From IMG/VR virus record IMGVR_UViG_3300042319_002819: a DNA stretch of 64,000 nucleotides; one strand, written 5' to 3'. The notes beneath the pieces were generated by a model. The model did not search any database. It saw only the letters and a list, made by a program, of their open reading frames with translations, and was not told the origin of the DNA. Origin of the DNA: an uncultured virus (IMG/VR IMGVR_UViG_3300042319_002819). Taxonomy: Duplodnaviria > Heunggongvirae > Uroviricota > Caudoviricetes. Below are positions 29,561 through 38,635 of the stretch, one piece after another. Made by a program: the position numbers and the translations under genes. Every line of letters begins with the position of its first letter. Within the stretch, counting starts at the first letter, position 1.

Positions 29561-30704
29561 ACAAGTAATCAAGGCTATGACCATACTTGGTTCGATAGCC
29601 TTGTTCACTTAAAAATGGCAGGTGATCCACGGCAATGTTAGTGCCGTCACTCAGCAACATGATCCAGTGATTGTTTGTTAGTATTTCTTTTTTGAGTCTA
29701 TACAAACTGGCCTGGCCACTGTTTACTTTGGTCTTGGTTTGATGATAATTGTAATTTTTATCAAACTCAAAAATATAATCTTTAAAAAACTGCTTGTAAG
29801 AAGAAAACTTTTTGTTGGGCAACAGTTGGTCAACATTGTGCCACATGTAATCATCAAACTGTTGGCAGTAGAAAAACGAAGTCTTGTCACCGCCTGGCTC
29901 CTGCATCAGAGCTGTAAGCCGTGCCCCGCCGCGATTTCTACAACACATATAATACCACCAACGTGCATGCAACACAGTTTGTATGGGTCGCTGACTTCTA
30001 GCAAAGAACTCTTCACAGTAATTAACAAACTCAGTGTTTTGAGTTTTTTCATAGAAAAAATTCTGCCAGGGTTGATTGAGTCCATGCCATCCTAGCCGCT
30101 CAAAAAAACTTTGATCCAAACTAGCAGTGATATCGTCACCGGCTGCTCCGTCAACAAACATACCATCAACGGTTTGTTCCATGTAAACATCACCGCCCAT
30201 CTCCAGCATCTCAAGTTCTGGATGTTGTTCTAGTAACAGGAAAAATCCCGGGTTTTCTTTGCGGCTGGTCACGGAATACATTATCCGCACACGATTTAGC
30301 TCTTTGCAGTGTTTTAAAAATCCCACAACCATGGAAGTAGAGTCAATGCCGCCGCTCCAGAACAAATTGATTTTATGAGATCCTTGGCACAGCTCATCAA
30401 TTCTAGATTTAAAGCAACTGTCTAGATCTAGATTTGTGGTGGGACGAGTCCAAGCACGTTCAACGTACATTTGATAGGGCATGCGAGTTTGCAATGTTCG
30501 ATCTCGAACATCGCCAGCTGGCCTTGATGAAAAACAAAGATTGATGTCCAACAAGTAGTTGTACTCATCAAAACCTTTTATCTTTTGATGATGCCCGTTC
30601 CATCGATCGGGAGTAGCGCAAGTGGGCGAGTATTCAAGGCCATGATATGTGAGTATTTTTTGAAAGTACGGCCATACTGTGAGTGATATTGATGGTGGCA
30701 TCAA
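29553..30704 (-). CDS. PP-loop (asparagine-synthase-like) ATP pyrophosphatase-fold protein
   Basis: INLFWSGGIDST; later G..GD motif. Confidence 0.65.
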   Translation of the reverse strand: MMPPSISLTVWPYFQKILTYHGLEYSPTCATPDRWNGHHQKIKGFDEYNYLLDINLCFSSRPAGDVRDRTLQTRMPYQMYVERAWTRPTTNLDLDSCFKSRIDELCQGSHKINLFWSGGIDSTSMVVGFLKHCKELNRVRIMYSVTSRKENPGFFLLLEQHPELEMLEMGGDVYMEQTVDGMFVDGAAGDDITASLDQSFFERLGWHGLNQPWQNFFYEKTQNTEFVNYCEEFFARSQRPIQTVLHARWWYYMCCRNRGGARLTALMQEPGGDKTSFFYCQQFDDYMWHNVDQLLPNKKFSSYKQFFKDYIFEFDKNYNYHQTKTKVNSGQASLYRLKKEILTNNHWIMLLSDGTNIAVDHLPFLSEQGYRTKYGHSLDYLFT

Positions 30705-30976
30705 GAACTTATGTCAGTGATTAAATCAATTTCGCTTAGTAATAAAGTCAGTGTTTGATCACCGTAGTCTTCGGGATCTTCGGTGGTGAAATCTCTGATT
30801 TTAATCAACAGTTGGTGTTCGTAGTCTGCTAGTTGAATCAGCAAACGAAGCCGGCGCTTTGCTCTCACCGGATCGTCACCGTAGGCCACTAAATCTTTTA
30901 ATATTTTTTCTCTAGCCTGTGTGATATAGGTCAATACTTTGTAGATCAACCTTGGCTTGAGGAACGCCGAATTCAT
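30701..30976 (-). CDS. hypothetical protein
   Basis: 91-aa ORF in minus-strand run. Confidence 0.6.
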   Translation of the reverse strand: MNSAFLKPRLIYKVLTYITQAREKILKDLVAYGDDPVRAKRRLRLLIQLADYEHQLLIKIRDFTTEDPEDYGDQTLTLLLSEIDLITDISS

Positions 30977-30979
30977 GTG

Positions 30980-31207
30980 TTACTTGGCTGCTTCTGATTT
31001 GGGTTTTCTAGGAGCTCTAGGTTTAGCTGGAGTCTTGGGTGCGGCAGCTTTCTTTTCAAACTGTTGCTTTTTGGCCGGGGCCTTGGGTGCCACTGATTCA
31101 ACCTTGACTTCGGGAGTAGGGTTAGGTGCCACTGCTTCTACCTTGTAAGGTACTTCGACCACAACAGGTTGTTTGCCTGTAAAAAACTCTTTAATTTTAT
31201 TGAACAT
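30980..31207 (-). CDS. Lys/Ala/Pro-rich basic protein
   Basis: AGGAG RBS, TAAATA upstream; KAPAKK/KPRAPRKPK tail. Confidence 0.7.
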   Translation of the reverse strand: MFNKIKEFFTGKQPVVVEVPYKVEAVAPNPTPEVKVESVAPKAPAKKQQFEKKAAAPKTPAKPRAPRKPKSEAAK

Positions 31208-31208
31208 A

Positions 31209-32261
31209 CTATGTTTCTCCTAGTGTTCTATTTACACAATTTTTTATTTCCAAGCACATTTTCCTTTGCCAATCAGTTTGCATTACAAGCTGAAAATTAT
31301 GTTCTAGTATTTCTTCAATTTGTTGGGATATAATTATTGGATCCCGGCGACAAAGTTGTTCTACCTGTTCCAACACTAACTCAGTGCGTTTTTTAACATT
31401 GGGCTCAAGATCGTAAGATTCATCAATGACAGTGCTAAATGTCATGAATCCCAGTGCTTTTAAATTTTTAAGATAGTATTGCCCAGCGACTACAACAAAC
31501 AATCTTTTTGCTATCAAGCACTTGAGTATTTTTTCAGTGAAGAACGTTAATTCATTGTCGGGCATGGTTTCGGCCACCAGTGAATAATGGGTTTGATTGT
31601 AGATATCAATGGGCAAGATTTGACTCAAACTTACTATGACTCCGTCAACCATCACCTCCTGTGCTGTGAAATTTACTGGCTCCACTGACAGTGGAAGTAC
31701 TTCCACAGGCCATGAAAAATTACAATCGTTGTATTGTGTGATGTCAAGATCCTGATGCGATGGAAAATATTTTACAATGTTTTGTTGCTTGTTGATTGTA
31801 TCATAGATTTGATCTCGATGTGGTTTTTGCCGGCCTAACAACACATCAAAGTATTTGTGTTTTGGCACCGCAGTAAGTAGATTTAAAACCTCGGGGAAAG
31901 CGTGATAAAATGCAGTGGTGCTCCAGAACCAGTAAGTGCAAAAATTTATCTGTGCATGCGACAGGGTGTAATTTAATGCACCACTGACAAAAAATACCAC
32001 GTTGTCAAAATCAAATGTTTTACACCATTGATGATCGGTTAACTCAATTATAACAACAATTGCCAGCGCAGAATTTTGCTGACATTTTGCAACTAACTGG
32101 TCAGTGTTGTCGTTGAATTCTACAACATCAACTAAACTAACCCTAGTTTCTTTTGGTTGTAAAATCCAATCATCCCAATCTCGAAAAGTCATGTAATTGT
32201 CAAGCTCGGACTGCGACAACCACCATTCAGCTTGGTCAGTTGTTATATAAACGTTGTACAT
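31209..32261 (-). CDS. GT10-like putative glycosyltransferase (paralog 3)
   Basis: FDVLLGRQKPHR, YSLVAET, FFTEKILK, GFMTFSTVIDESYD. Confidence 0.6.
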   Translation of the reverse strand: MYNVYITTDQAEWWLSQSELDNYMTFRDWDDWILQPKETRVSLVDVVEFNDNTDQLVAKCQQNSALAIVVIIELTDHQWCKTFDFDNVVFFVSGALNYTLSHAQINFCTYWFWSTTAFYHAFPEVLNLLTAVPKHKYFDVLLGRQKPHRDQIYDTINKQQNIVKYFPSHQDLDITQYNDCNFSWPVEVLPLSVEPVNFTAQEVMVDGVIVSLSQILPIDIYNQTHYSLVAETMPDNELTFFTEKILKCLIAKRLFVVVAGQYYLKNLKALGFMTFSTVIDESYDLEPNVKKRTELVLEQVEQLCRRDPIIISQQIEEILEHNFQLVMQTDWQRKMCLEIKNCVNRTLGET

Positions 32262-32301
32262 ATACGTATTTAAGTTGGTTGTTTGTGGTCATAACTACTT
32301 T

Positions 32302-33006
32302 ATGACAGAAATTCTTACAACATTGGTGTTGACACACATCACCATACTATGCGTTACTCTTTATTTGCATCGCAGTCAAGCCCACCGTGGTGTGGAATTC
32401 CACCCCGCTGTATCACATTTCATGCGCTTCTGGCTGTGGCTCACCACGGGAATGGTTACCAAGCAATGGGTTGCTGTACACCGCAAACATCATAGATTCA
32501 CAGAACAAGACGGCGATCCGCATAGTCCACATGTGTATGGCTTTTGGCGTGTGTTATTCAAGGGAGCAGGACTTTATCATTCAGCAAGCAAGGACTCTGC
32601 TATGGTAGCACAATATGGAGCAGGCACACCAAATGATTGGATGGAACAACATGTGTACACCAAACACAGTCGTGCAGGCATTGTGCTTATGTTATTAATA
32701 GACCTGCTAGTATTTGGTTTGCCCGGTTTTGTAGTTTGGGGTGTTCAGATGATATGGATTCCATTCTGGGCCGCAGGAGTTGTCAATGGTGTGGGACACT
32801 GGCTGGGATATAGAAACGGTGAAACCAAAGACCTTAGTCAAAATTTCAGTCCCTGGGGCATTGTTATAGGCGGCGAAGAACTGCACAACAATCACCACCT
32901 TGATCCCGCCAGTCCTAAATTAAGTAGACAATGGTTTGAGTTTGATCTAGGATGGTCTTGGATCAGTTTGTTAAAATTTTTGGGTCTAGCCCAGGTAAAA
33001 AATTAG
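32302..33006 (+). CDS. desA: membrane fatty-acid (delta-9 acyl-CoA type) desaturase
   Basis: His boxes HRSQAH, HRKHH, LHNNHH; DPHSP; WFEFDLGW. Confidence 0.92.
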   Translation: MTEILTTLVLTHITILCVTLYLHRSQAHRGVEFHPAVSHFMRFWLWLTTGMVTKQWVAVHRKHHRFTEQDGDPHSPHVYGFWRVLFKGAGLYHSASKDSAMVAQYGAGTPNDWMEQHVYTKHSRAGIVLMLLIDLLVFGLPGFVVWGVQMIWIPFWAAGVVNGVGHWLGYRNGETKDLSQNFSPWGIVIGGEELHNNHHLDPASPKLSRQWFEFDLGWSWISLLKFLGLAQVKN

Positions 33007-33035
33007 TGACCATTCACTAATAAAAATCTTGAATC

Positions 33036-33057
33036 ATGTTGCACTGCAACATAAATA
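33036..33057 (+). promoter_or_regulatory. palindrome ATGTTGCACTGCAACAT (PhaR-like) fused to TAAATA
   Basis: Perfect 8-1-8 palindrome; near-identical copy at 40679-40699 on minus strand. Confidence 0.65.
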
Positions 33058-33072
33058 ATGCTACAATAAGAC

Positions 33073-33127
33073 ATAGGGTGCTGAATAGGTCGGGCCCTGT
33101 AGTAAACTCGCTTAATAGGAGAAATTT
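33073..33127 (+). promoter_or_regulatory. ROSE-like structured leader
   Basis: Hairpin 33073-33100, then CUCGCU-uaau-AGGAG; resembles the hsp20 leader. Confidence 0.55.
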
Positions 33128-33406
33128 ATGTTTACATTAGACGCAACAATCGACGCCGTACAAACCGGTAAAAAACAATTCGTTAAGACATTTGTCCAGA
33201 ACGAAAAAATCGCAGACGCAATGAACACTTTCATTGATGAGCAAGCCTCTTACACAAAGAAAGCTGCCAAAGTTGGAACTGATACGTTTGCTACATTAGC
33301 CAGCGAAATGGTAAAAACTTCACAAGAAGCCATGAAGTTTGACTACACCAAGTTTGGTGAAGGTATCATGAAGGCCTACACTGCTACCACTAGCAAAACC
33401 AAGTAA
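33128..33406 (+). CDS. phasin-like amphipathic helical protein
   Basis: All-helical Ala/Lys/Thr-rich 92 aa without Trp/Cys; PhaR-like box upstream. Confidence 0.55.
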   Translation: MFTLDATIDAVQTGKKQFVKTFVQNEKIADAMNTFIDEQASYTKKAAKVGTDTFATLASEMVKTSQEAMKFDYTKFGEGIMKAYTATTSKTK

Positions 33407-33459
33407 TTCTGGTTAACTGGTCTCTAGACCAATAAATCCTGTTTGTGTATAATGCATAC

Positions 33460-33699
33460 ATGAACAGGATTTTTCTTTTGTGTTTAATTTTGACAGGCTG
33501 TGCACAGGCGCCTCGTATGCCAGTGGATGTTGCATTGATACCCAACGATTGTGCAAATCGTCATGCCATAATTTCATGGTTAGAAAATCTTGCCAAAACC
33601 CCGCAAACAATTCGAGAATCGGATCAAAACTATGACCAAACACAGAGTGCAGTCAAAGCTCGCATTTGGCACCTGCGTTATAATTGCCAGCGTGTTTAG
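33460..33699 (+). CDS. lipoprotein
   Basis: Lipobox LTGC; ATG 6 nt after TATAAT. Confidence 0.7.
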   Translation: MNRIFLLCLILTGCAQAPRMPVDVALIPNDCANRHAIISWLENLAKTPQTIRESDQNYDQTQSAVKARIWHLRYNCQRV

Positions 33700-33976
33700 C
33701 ACCGGATGTTCCACCAGCGCACAACGAGTTATGCCAGTTGACGATCTTAATCGATTTCAAATTGATTGTCGCATCAAACCGCAACAAATTAAATTTTTAC
33801 AAAGCTTGAGAACCAGTCAGGATGACAAACTTGGTGCCAGGATGGCAAATGTTGTACAGCCCTGGACTGTGGTGACTGACTACTCCGGCTATCGTCAACG
33901 AGCCTTGATCGGCAATGGTTACACTGACTGGAGCATCAATCAACTACTGCTTAGATTGAGTCACGACTGCCCATGA
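33632..33976 (+). CDS. lipoprotein
   Basis: Hydrophobic signal ending STGC; DC...C pair like its neighbour. Confidence 0.6.
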   Translation: MTKHRVQSKLAFGTCVIIASVFSTGCSTSAQRVMPVDDLNRFQIDCRIKPQQIKFLQSLRTSQDDKLGARMANVVQPWTVVTDYSGYRQRALIGNGYTDWSINQLLLRLSHDCP

Positions 33977-34536
33977 AAAAAGTTATCACAACATTGTTAT
34001 TGATTGCAACCACAGCAATGGCCAATGACCAGTGTGTCATGCAAGAACGTGTGGTCACTCAAACTGACACAAAAATTTTAGAACGTAGCAAGATACGACG
34101 AGATGTGGTACCATCTCAGCACGGGCGAAAATGCATAGTTGATTTTCGTGTTCGTGTTGGCCGTGAATGGCACACTGCATTTGGTGAGCACACCTGGCCC
34201 GGAGATCGTCCCAGTGAAGAAGCATGTGCTGTGGCAGTAAAACGTGCTGAAGATGATGTTCAACAACGACTTGGACGCACGGTTGCTATAAATGAACGTA
34301 TTCTGGTCTGCAAAGATAGGCCCGAACTTGAAACTCTGCGCCGAACCCAAGTTGGTACAATTGGCGATGCCGGCCAATTCAGAATTCATCCCAATTACCC
34401 AGAAAAGTTTTACCATAATGGTGCCCAGTGTCGTTGGTTTGTTGAGCCTGCATTTACCGGCCGAGATATTCGCACGTTTCAGGGCGTGATCTGTAATGTA
34501 CAAGACCAAAAATGGGTAGTTGTGGACAAATTCTAA
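33973..34536 (+). CDS. exported Cys-containing protein
   Basis: Signal peptide MKKVITTLLLIATTAMA; six Cys. Confidence 0.7.
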   Translation: MKKVITTLLLIATTAMANDQCVMQERVVTQTDTKILERSKIRRDVVPSQHGRKCIVDFRVRVGREWHTAFGEHTWPGDRPSEEACAVAVKRAEDDVQQRLGRTVAINERILVCKDRPELETLRRTQVGTIGDAGQFRIHPNYPEKFYHNGAQCRWFVEPAFTGRDIRTFQGVICNVQDQKWVVVDKF

Positions 34537-34595
34537 CTTGACTGGATATTGCAATTCTTGTATAATTGTGTTATTGATATTACCAGGAGACATCA

Positions 34596-34724
34596 ATGAG
34601 TAAGTTTATAGCAGGTGCAATTTTTGGAATTGTACTGGCCACAGTGGGCTTTGGAGGTATCACTCGAATGTTGGACAAGGGTGTGGATACTGTAAAAACA
34701 CAAACTCAGGAGATTGCACGATGA
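34596..34724 (+). CDS. small membrane protein (42 aa, not in ORF track)
   Basis: TTGACT..TATAAT promoter, AGGAG RBS, MSKFIAGAIFGIVLATVGFGGITRMLDKGVDTVKTQTQEIAR*. Confidence 0.7.
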   Translation: MSKFIAGAIFGIVLATVGFGGITRMLDKGVDTVKTQTQEIAR

Positions 34725-34843
34725 AACGTTTGATTACAATTGCTGTGTTGACGGTGCTCACTGGTTGTGGTACAGTGGGTGGTATGGTAGGTGGTGCCGG
34801 TGATGACTTGAAAAAAGCCGGTGAGTGGGTTAAAACTCGTTAA
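34721..34843 (+). CDS. entericidin (EcnA/B)-like lipopeptide (40 aa, not in ORF track)
   Basis: MKRLITIAVLTVLTGCGTVGGMVGGAGDDLKKAGEWVKTR*; lipobox plus G.G.D+..AG motif. Confidence 0.65.
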   Translation: MKRLITIAVLTVLTGCGTVGGMVGGAGDDLKKAGEWVKTR

Positions 34844-34852
34844 GGAAACATT

Positions 34853-35428
34853 ATGAAAAAACTTTTACTATTGGTGCCTGTTGTGGCTATTATCACAGCA
34901 TGTAGTTCTGCTCCCAAGGATGCATTTGAACGCAGGGCCTACGAAGAACAACGACAGCAAGAAAAGAATACGGAACGTGCAATTGATCAAGCACCCAAAT
35001 GGATGACTGAACTTCCCAAGTCCACATCAGCTGTGTACCAAAACGGTACCTCTGTGAGCCCGGACATGAGCATGAGCGTGAACAAGGCCAAGACTGTGGC
35101 GTTTGGCAAAATTTGCATGAGCGCCGGCGGCCGAGTAAATCAGCAAAGTAAAATTTATCGCACTGACAGCGACAATGCCAGCACTGAATTTTCTGAATTA
35201 GCCATCAAGAGTTTCTGTCCCAGTGTTGACATTACCGGAGTTGAAATAGTAGAAACCAAGATGGTATCTGAAGGTAGTCGGTTCCGAACTTATGTGTTGA
35301 TTGCCCTGCCCACTGGCACTGCTAATCCCATGGCACGTGAGCGAGATGCTCGAGAACAACGCCGAGTAGCCGAAACACGTAGTCGCGAAGCTTTTAAAGA
35401 GTTGGAACAAAGCACACCCAAGCAATGA
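34853..35428 (+). CDS. lipoprotein (LPP20-like)
   Basis: Lipobox ITAC; PKW..E.P and A...A...I pattern. Confidence 0.65.
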   Translation: MKKLLLLVPVVAIITACSSAPKDAFERRAYEEQRQQEKNTERAIDQAPKWMTELPKSTSAVYQNGTSVSPDMSMSVNKAKTVAFGKICMSAGGRVNQQSKIYRTDSDNASTEFSELAIKSFCPSVDITGVEIVETKMVSEGSRFRTYVLIALPTGTANPMARERDAREQRRVAETRSREAFKELEQSTPKQ

Positions 35429-35446
35429 CAAATTGCTATTCATGAT

Positions 35447-35472
35447 AAACCGGGCTAGTCCCGGTTTTTCTT
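35447..35472. terminator. intrinsic terminator between convergent genes
   Basis: aaaccggg-ctagt-cccggttt followed by T-run. Confidence 0.8.
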
Positions 35473-36203
35473 TAGTATGTTAAATGGTCAGTTGTTTTAA
35501 ATGGTTTGCCTGCACAAGCATTATCAAGTTGGCACATTACTTTGTGCCTTAGACGTTGAATAATCTTGTGTTCAGTGTTCCAATCAAATGCTTTTAAGTA
35601 TCGATAATAGCTGGTTCGTTTGTGTCGCCGGACTCCGGTACTGGCCATGTATTGGCCAATAGCGTCAGGATCATATCCAAATCGATCAATCATTTCACAG
35701 GCAATGTTAAAGCTAAATGCACCCATTTCATCGGTATCGCCATAATACTCTTGTGCCTGTCGATCTTTGGCACGTTCGGCTGTGCTTAAATATCCAGGTA
35801 TGGCTTTGAACTTTCTTGCTCGATACTGGCGCATGTGCACAATTTCGTGCAAGATAGTATCAGCAAACAATTGACACATACGTTGAAATCGATATTTTGT
35901 CAAGTATATCTTTTCGTCAAGTATGTTGTAATTGAAATTAATTTCAATTGGTCTTGCTTGTTTCTTGTAATCAATCTCACTGTAGTACATTCCGCCAATG
36001 TAAATCCAACCAATTTTGGTGGTTGTGTCTCTGAGATTTTTTACGCGGATGGGAATATTCCGCCGAATATGTGTGCTCATGATTTTTTGAATCTGATCCA
36101 CCGGCAGTTCGCGATTTGTTACTTGTTTGTGAATTGAATACAGTAAACGATACAAATTATCGCGAGTTAACAGCGTCCAATTATACGATTTTCGAGTTGC
36201 CAC
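35472..36203 (-). CDS. HExxH zincin-like protein
   Basis: TILHEIVHMRQY ... EYYGDTDEMGA. Confidence 0.65.
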   Translation of the reverse strand: MATRKSYNWTLLTRDNLYRLLYSIHKQVTNRELPVDQIQKIMSTHIRRNIPIRVKNLRDTTTKIGWIYIGGMYYSEIDYKKQARPIEINFNYNILDEKIYLTKYRFQRMCQLFADTILHEIVHMRQYRARKFKAIPGYLSTAERAKDRQAQEYYGDTDEMGAFSFNIACEMIDRFGYDPDAIGQYMASTGVRRHKRTSYYRYLKAFDWNTEHKIIQRLRHKVMCQLDNACAGKPFKTTDHLTY

Positions 36204-36259
36204 GATTGTCTCCCACGTATGTTATTACTTAGTGTACTAGGAGATTTGGGCAGAGTCAA

Positions 36260-37621
36260 TTAATCGCTGACCTGATAGCTGATTTTGCCCTTGTCTTCCT
36301 GGGCCGAACTCTTGGTTTTAAGTGATACTTTTCCATCAACTTTGGCTGGCCAGAATGCTTTTGTTACTAATTTACCATTTTTAATATTGCTGTAAATCTG
36401 AACAAAGTTAAATCCCAAACTGGTTAACACAGCTTCGCGGAAATTGGGCACAGCACCAGCGTTCACCAATTTCATAACATCATTGGTCACTGCATAGTAT
36501 ACTTTACCACCATCTGTGGCATTGCCCTCGGCCACTTGTGGGCTTAGTCTGGAAGCGGTGGCCTTCATTAATTTTGGTGGGAGGCTTCCACCTTTTTTCT
36601 TAAAACTGGTGACAATATCTTGTACTTCGTCTGCTTGCCATGGCAGGTATGGTCGCCAGGCCTCAGGAACTAATTCAGGACTGTACTGATACAGCCAGTT
36701 CATCAACGCAAATGGCTGGGTTACTCCGGACAATGCAGGATCTTGAGCCTTTTTAATAAAACTATAAGCGTCGGGATATTTTCTTGCCAAGAATGGAGGC
36801 ACTTTCAATGATGTCAGTGCTGGTGGTGCACCTTTGCCGGCAGCCTTGCTTGACATAGCAAGAGCATTACCGGTTTGTCTATTTAAAAGACCATAGCTGT
36901 CAGCAATAGGGTTGCTGGTGTTCTTGGGGAAATACAATAACAAACTACCTAGATCCTGACCCACCCAATTCAAGAACGCATCGCGCTTGGGAAAGTCAGC
37001 AACTCCATTTAACACACTTAATACTCCCAGGAATTCGCTGGCATAAAGTTCAATGGCTTTTTGTTCTTGTGCACTGAGATTGTCGGGTACTATGGGCACT
37101 TGTCCCTGTGTAATTTGTTTGGCCATGGCAATAACAGCGTCGCCAATTTGACCCATGTCTTTTAAATGTGAGTTGGCAATTCTTTTGTAGAGTTCACTGG
37201 CCGGGAACCCTCCAAAGTCCAAGATGCTCTGCACTCCAGCTTCTAATTTTTCAGGATCCACGTCCTGGCTTGGGAATACGTCTGCAGGTTTAACCGGAAT
37301 GCCTTCGCTTTCTTTGCTGCCAAATTCCACAGTTTTTTGCAAGTCAGTATTTTTAACCGGGTTGCCGTTGATGTCAGTCATAGCAATTACACCGGTGGGG
37401 CCAGTTTTTACCCAGGCAGCTACTTTACGTGCTTCTTTTGGGTCAATGGTCACTTCTTCTCCGCTTACTTTGGTAAATGGTGAGCTGTTAATGACCTTGT
37501 ATAAAAACAATTCTGGTCGTGTAAATGGCTTGCCCGTGCGTGGGTTCTTCACAGCACTGGCTGAGTTGGCTGGTATTTGGTCTGCCCCTAGCTTGGCTTC
37601 GGTTAAATCTTGTAATCGCAT
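36260..37621 (-). CDS. late hypothetical protein, possible packaged PD-(D/E)XK-like nuclease
   Basis: TAAATA 4 nt upstream; N-terminus MRLQDLTEA; FP...NPIADS...AMSSK. Confidence 0.5.
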   Translation of the reverse strand: MRLQDLTEAKLGADQIPANSASAVKNPRTGKPFTRPELFLYKVINSSPFTKVSGEEVTIDPKEARKVAAWVKTGPTGVIAMTDINGNPVKNTDLQKTVEFGSKESEGIPVKPADVFPSQDVDPEKLEAGVQSILDFGGFPASELYKRIANSHLKDMGQIGDAVIAMAKQITQGQVPIVPDNLSAQEQKAIELYASEFLGVLSVLNGVADFPKRDAFLNWVGQDLGSLLLYFPKNTSNPIADSYGLLNRQTGNALAMSSKAAGKGAPPALTSLKVPPFLARKYPDAYSFIKKAQDPALSGVTQPFALMNWLYQYSPELVPEAWRPYLPWQADEVQDIVTSFKKKGGSLPPKLMKATASRLSPQVAEGNATDGGKVYYAVTNDVMKLVNAGAVPNFREAVLTSLGFNFVQIYSNIKNGKLVTKAFWPAKVDGKVSLKTKSSAQEDKGKISYQVSD

Positions 37622-37648
37622 GGTGTATTTATTGAAATAAGTATCATA

Positions 37649-38635
37649 ATGAAGACAAACATTAACGTGCAAATATGTGGAGACCATTGGGTAAATTCTG
37701 ACGAAGTACTGGCCCAGTTAAACAACGCCAACAACACACAGAACATTGTGCTAGACATGAATACCGAAGGCGGTAGCCTGTATGCCCTGGGCATTGCAGA
37801 TTCTTTGTTGACAGTGTGCACACAGCGCGACATTGATGTAAAAAAAGTGTTCATTGACAATTGGCCCAACGCTGTAGAACAAATACCATTTACACGAGTT
37901 TACACACCCATAGTCAGCCATTTCTTTTGGCTCAGTGAAAATTACTGGTTGCAAGAAATACCAACATCAACGCATGAATATAGATTTGGTTATTTTATGG
38001 GTAGAAAAACTCCTTCAAGGGCAGTGATGCTGTATGAGTTGAACCAACAGCACAGCAATGATTTTCTTTTCAGTGCCATGCAAACACGCGGCCCTATGCC
38101 ATGGCAAGTCGGCATGCCCGGCAAATACTTGGAACATCTTGAAGATTGGTTGCCCGCCAATCAGCATCAATCATTCAATGAATGGTGGAATACATGTCCG
38201 GTCAAGAGCTTAGATCAGCGCCAAGTCAGTGATCAATATGATCCAGCTTACAATACCAATCGTAGCTTGTTAGAGCACTACTCAAAATTTGACATTGAGC
38301 TAGTGGCCGAAACTTACACCTTGGGCACCACATTCTTTCCCACAGAAAAAACTGTGAGACCCATCATGGCCGGACGTCCCATGTTGGTGTACGGCCCACG
38401 GAACTTTTTAGAAAATCTACAGCAACTGGGGTTTAAAACTTATGCAGATTTCTGGGATGAAAGCTACGATCAATTTTCTGGACCCGAAAGATGGCATAAA
38501 ATACATCAAGTCATTGACACATTTTTAACAATGCCCAACAGAGATCAATTAAATGCTGTCAAGGCCATGCAACAGATTGCCAACTACAATCGCCAACATC
38601 TAGTGAATCTAATTAAACGGTATCGCCCCACATGA
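37649..38635 (+). CDS. GT10-like putative glycosyltransferase (paralog 4)
   Basis: FGYFMGR...SR, IELVAET, FPTEKTVRPI, GFKTYADFWDESYD. Confidence 0.6.
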   Translation: MKTNINVQICGDHWVNSDEVLAQLNNANNTQNIVLDMNTEGGSLYALGIADSLLTVCTQRDIDVKKVFIDNWPNAVEQIPFTRVYTPIVSHFFWLSENYWLQEIPTSTHEYRFGYFMGRKTPSRAVMLYELNQQHSNDFLFSAMQTRGPMPWQVGMPGKYLEHLEDWLPANQHQSFNEWWNTCPVKSLDQRQVSDQYDPAYNTNRSLLEHYSKFDIELVAETYTLGTTFFPTEKTVRPIMAGRPMLVYGPRNFLENLQQLGFKTYADFWDESYDQFSGPERWHKIHQVIDTFLTMPNRDQLNAVKAMQQIANYNRQHLVNLIKRYRPT

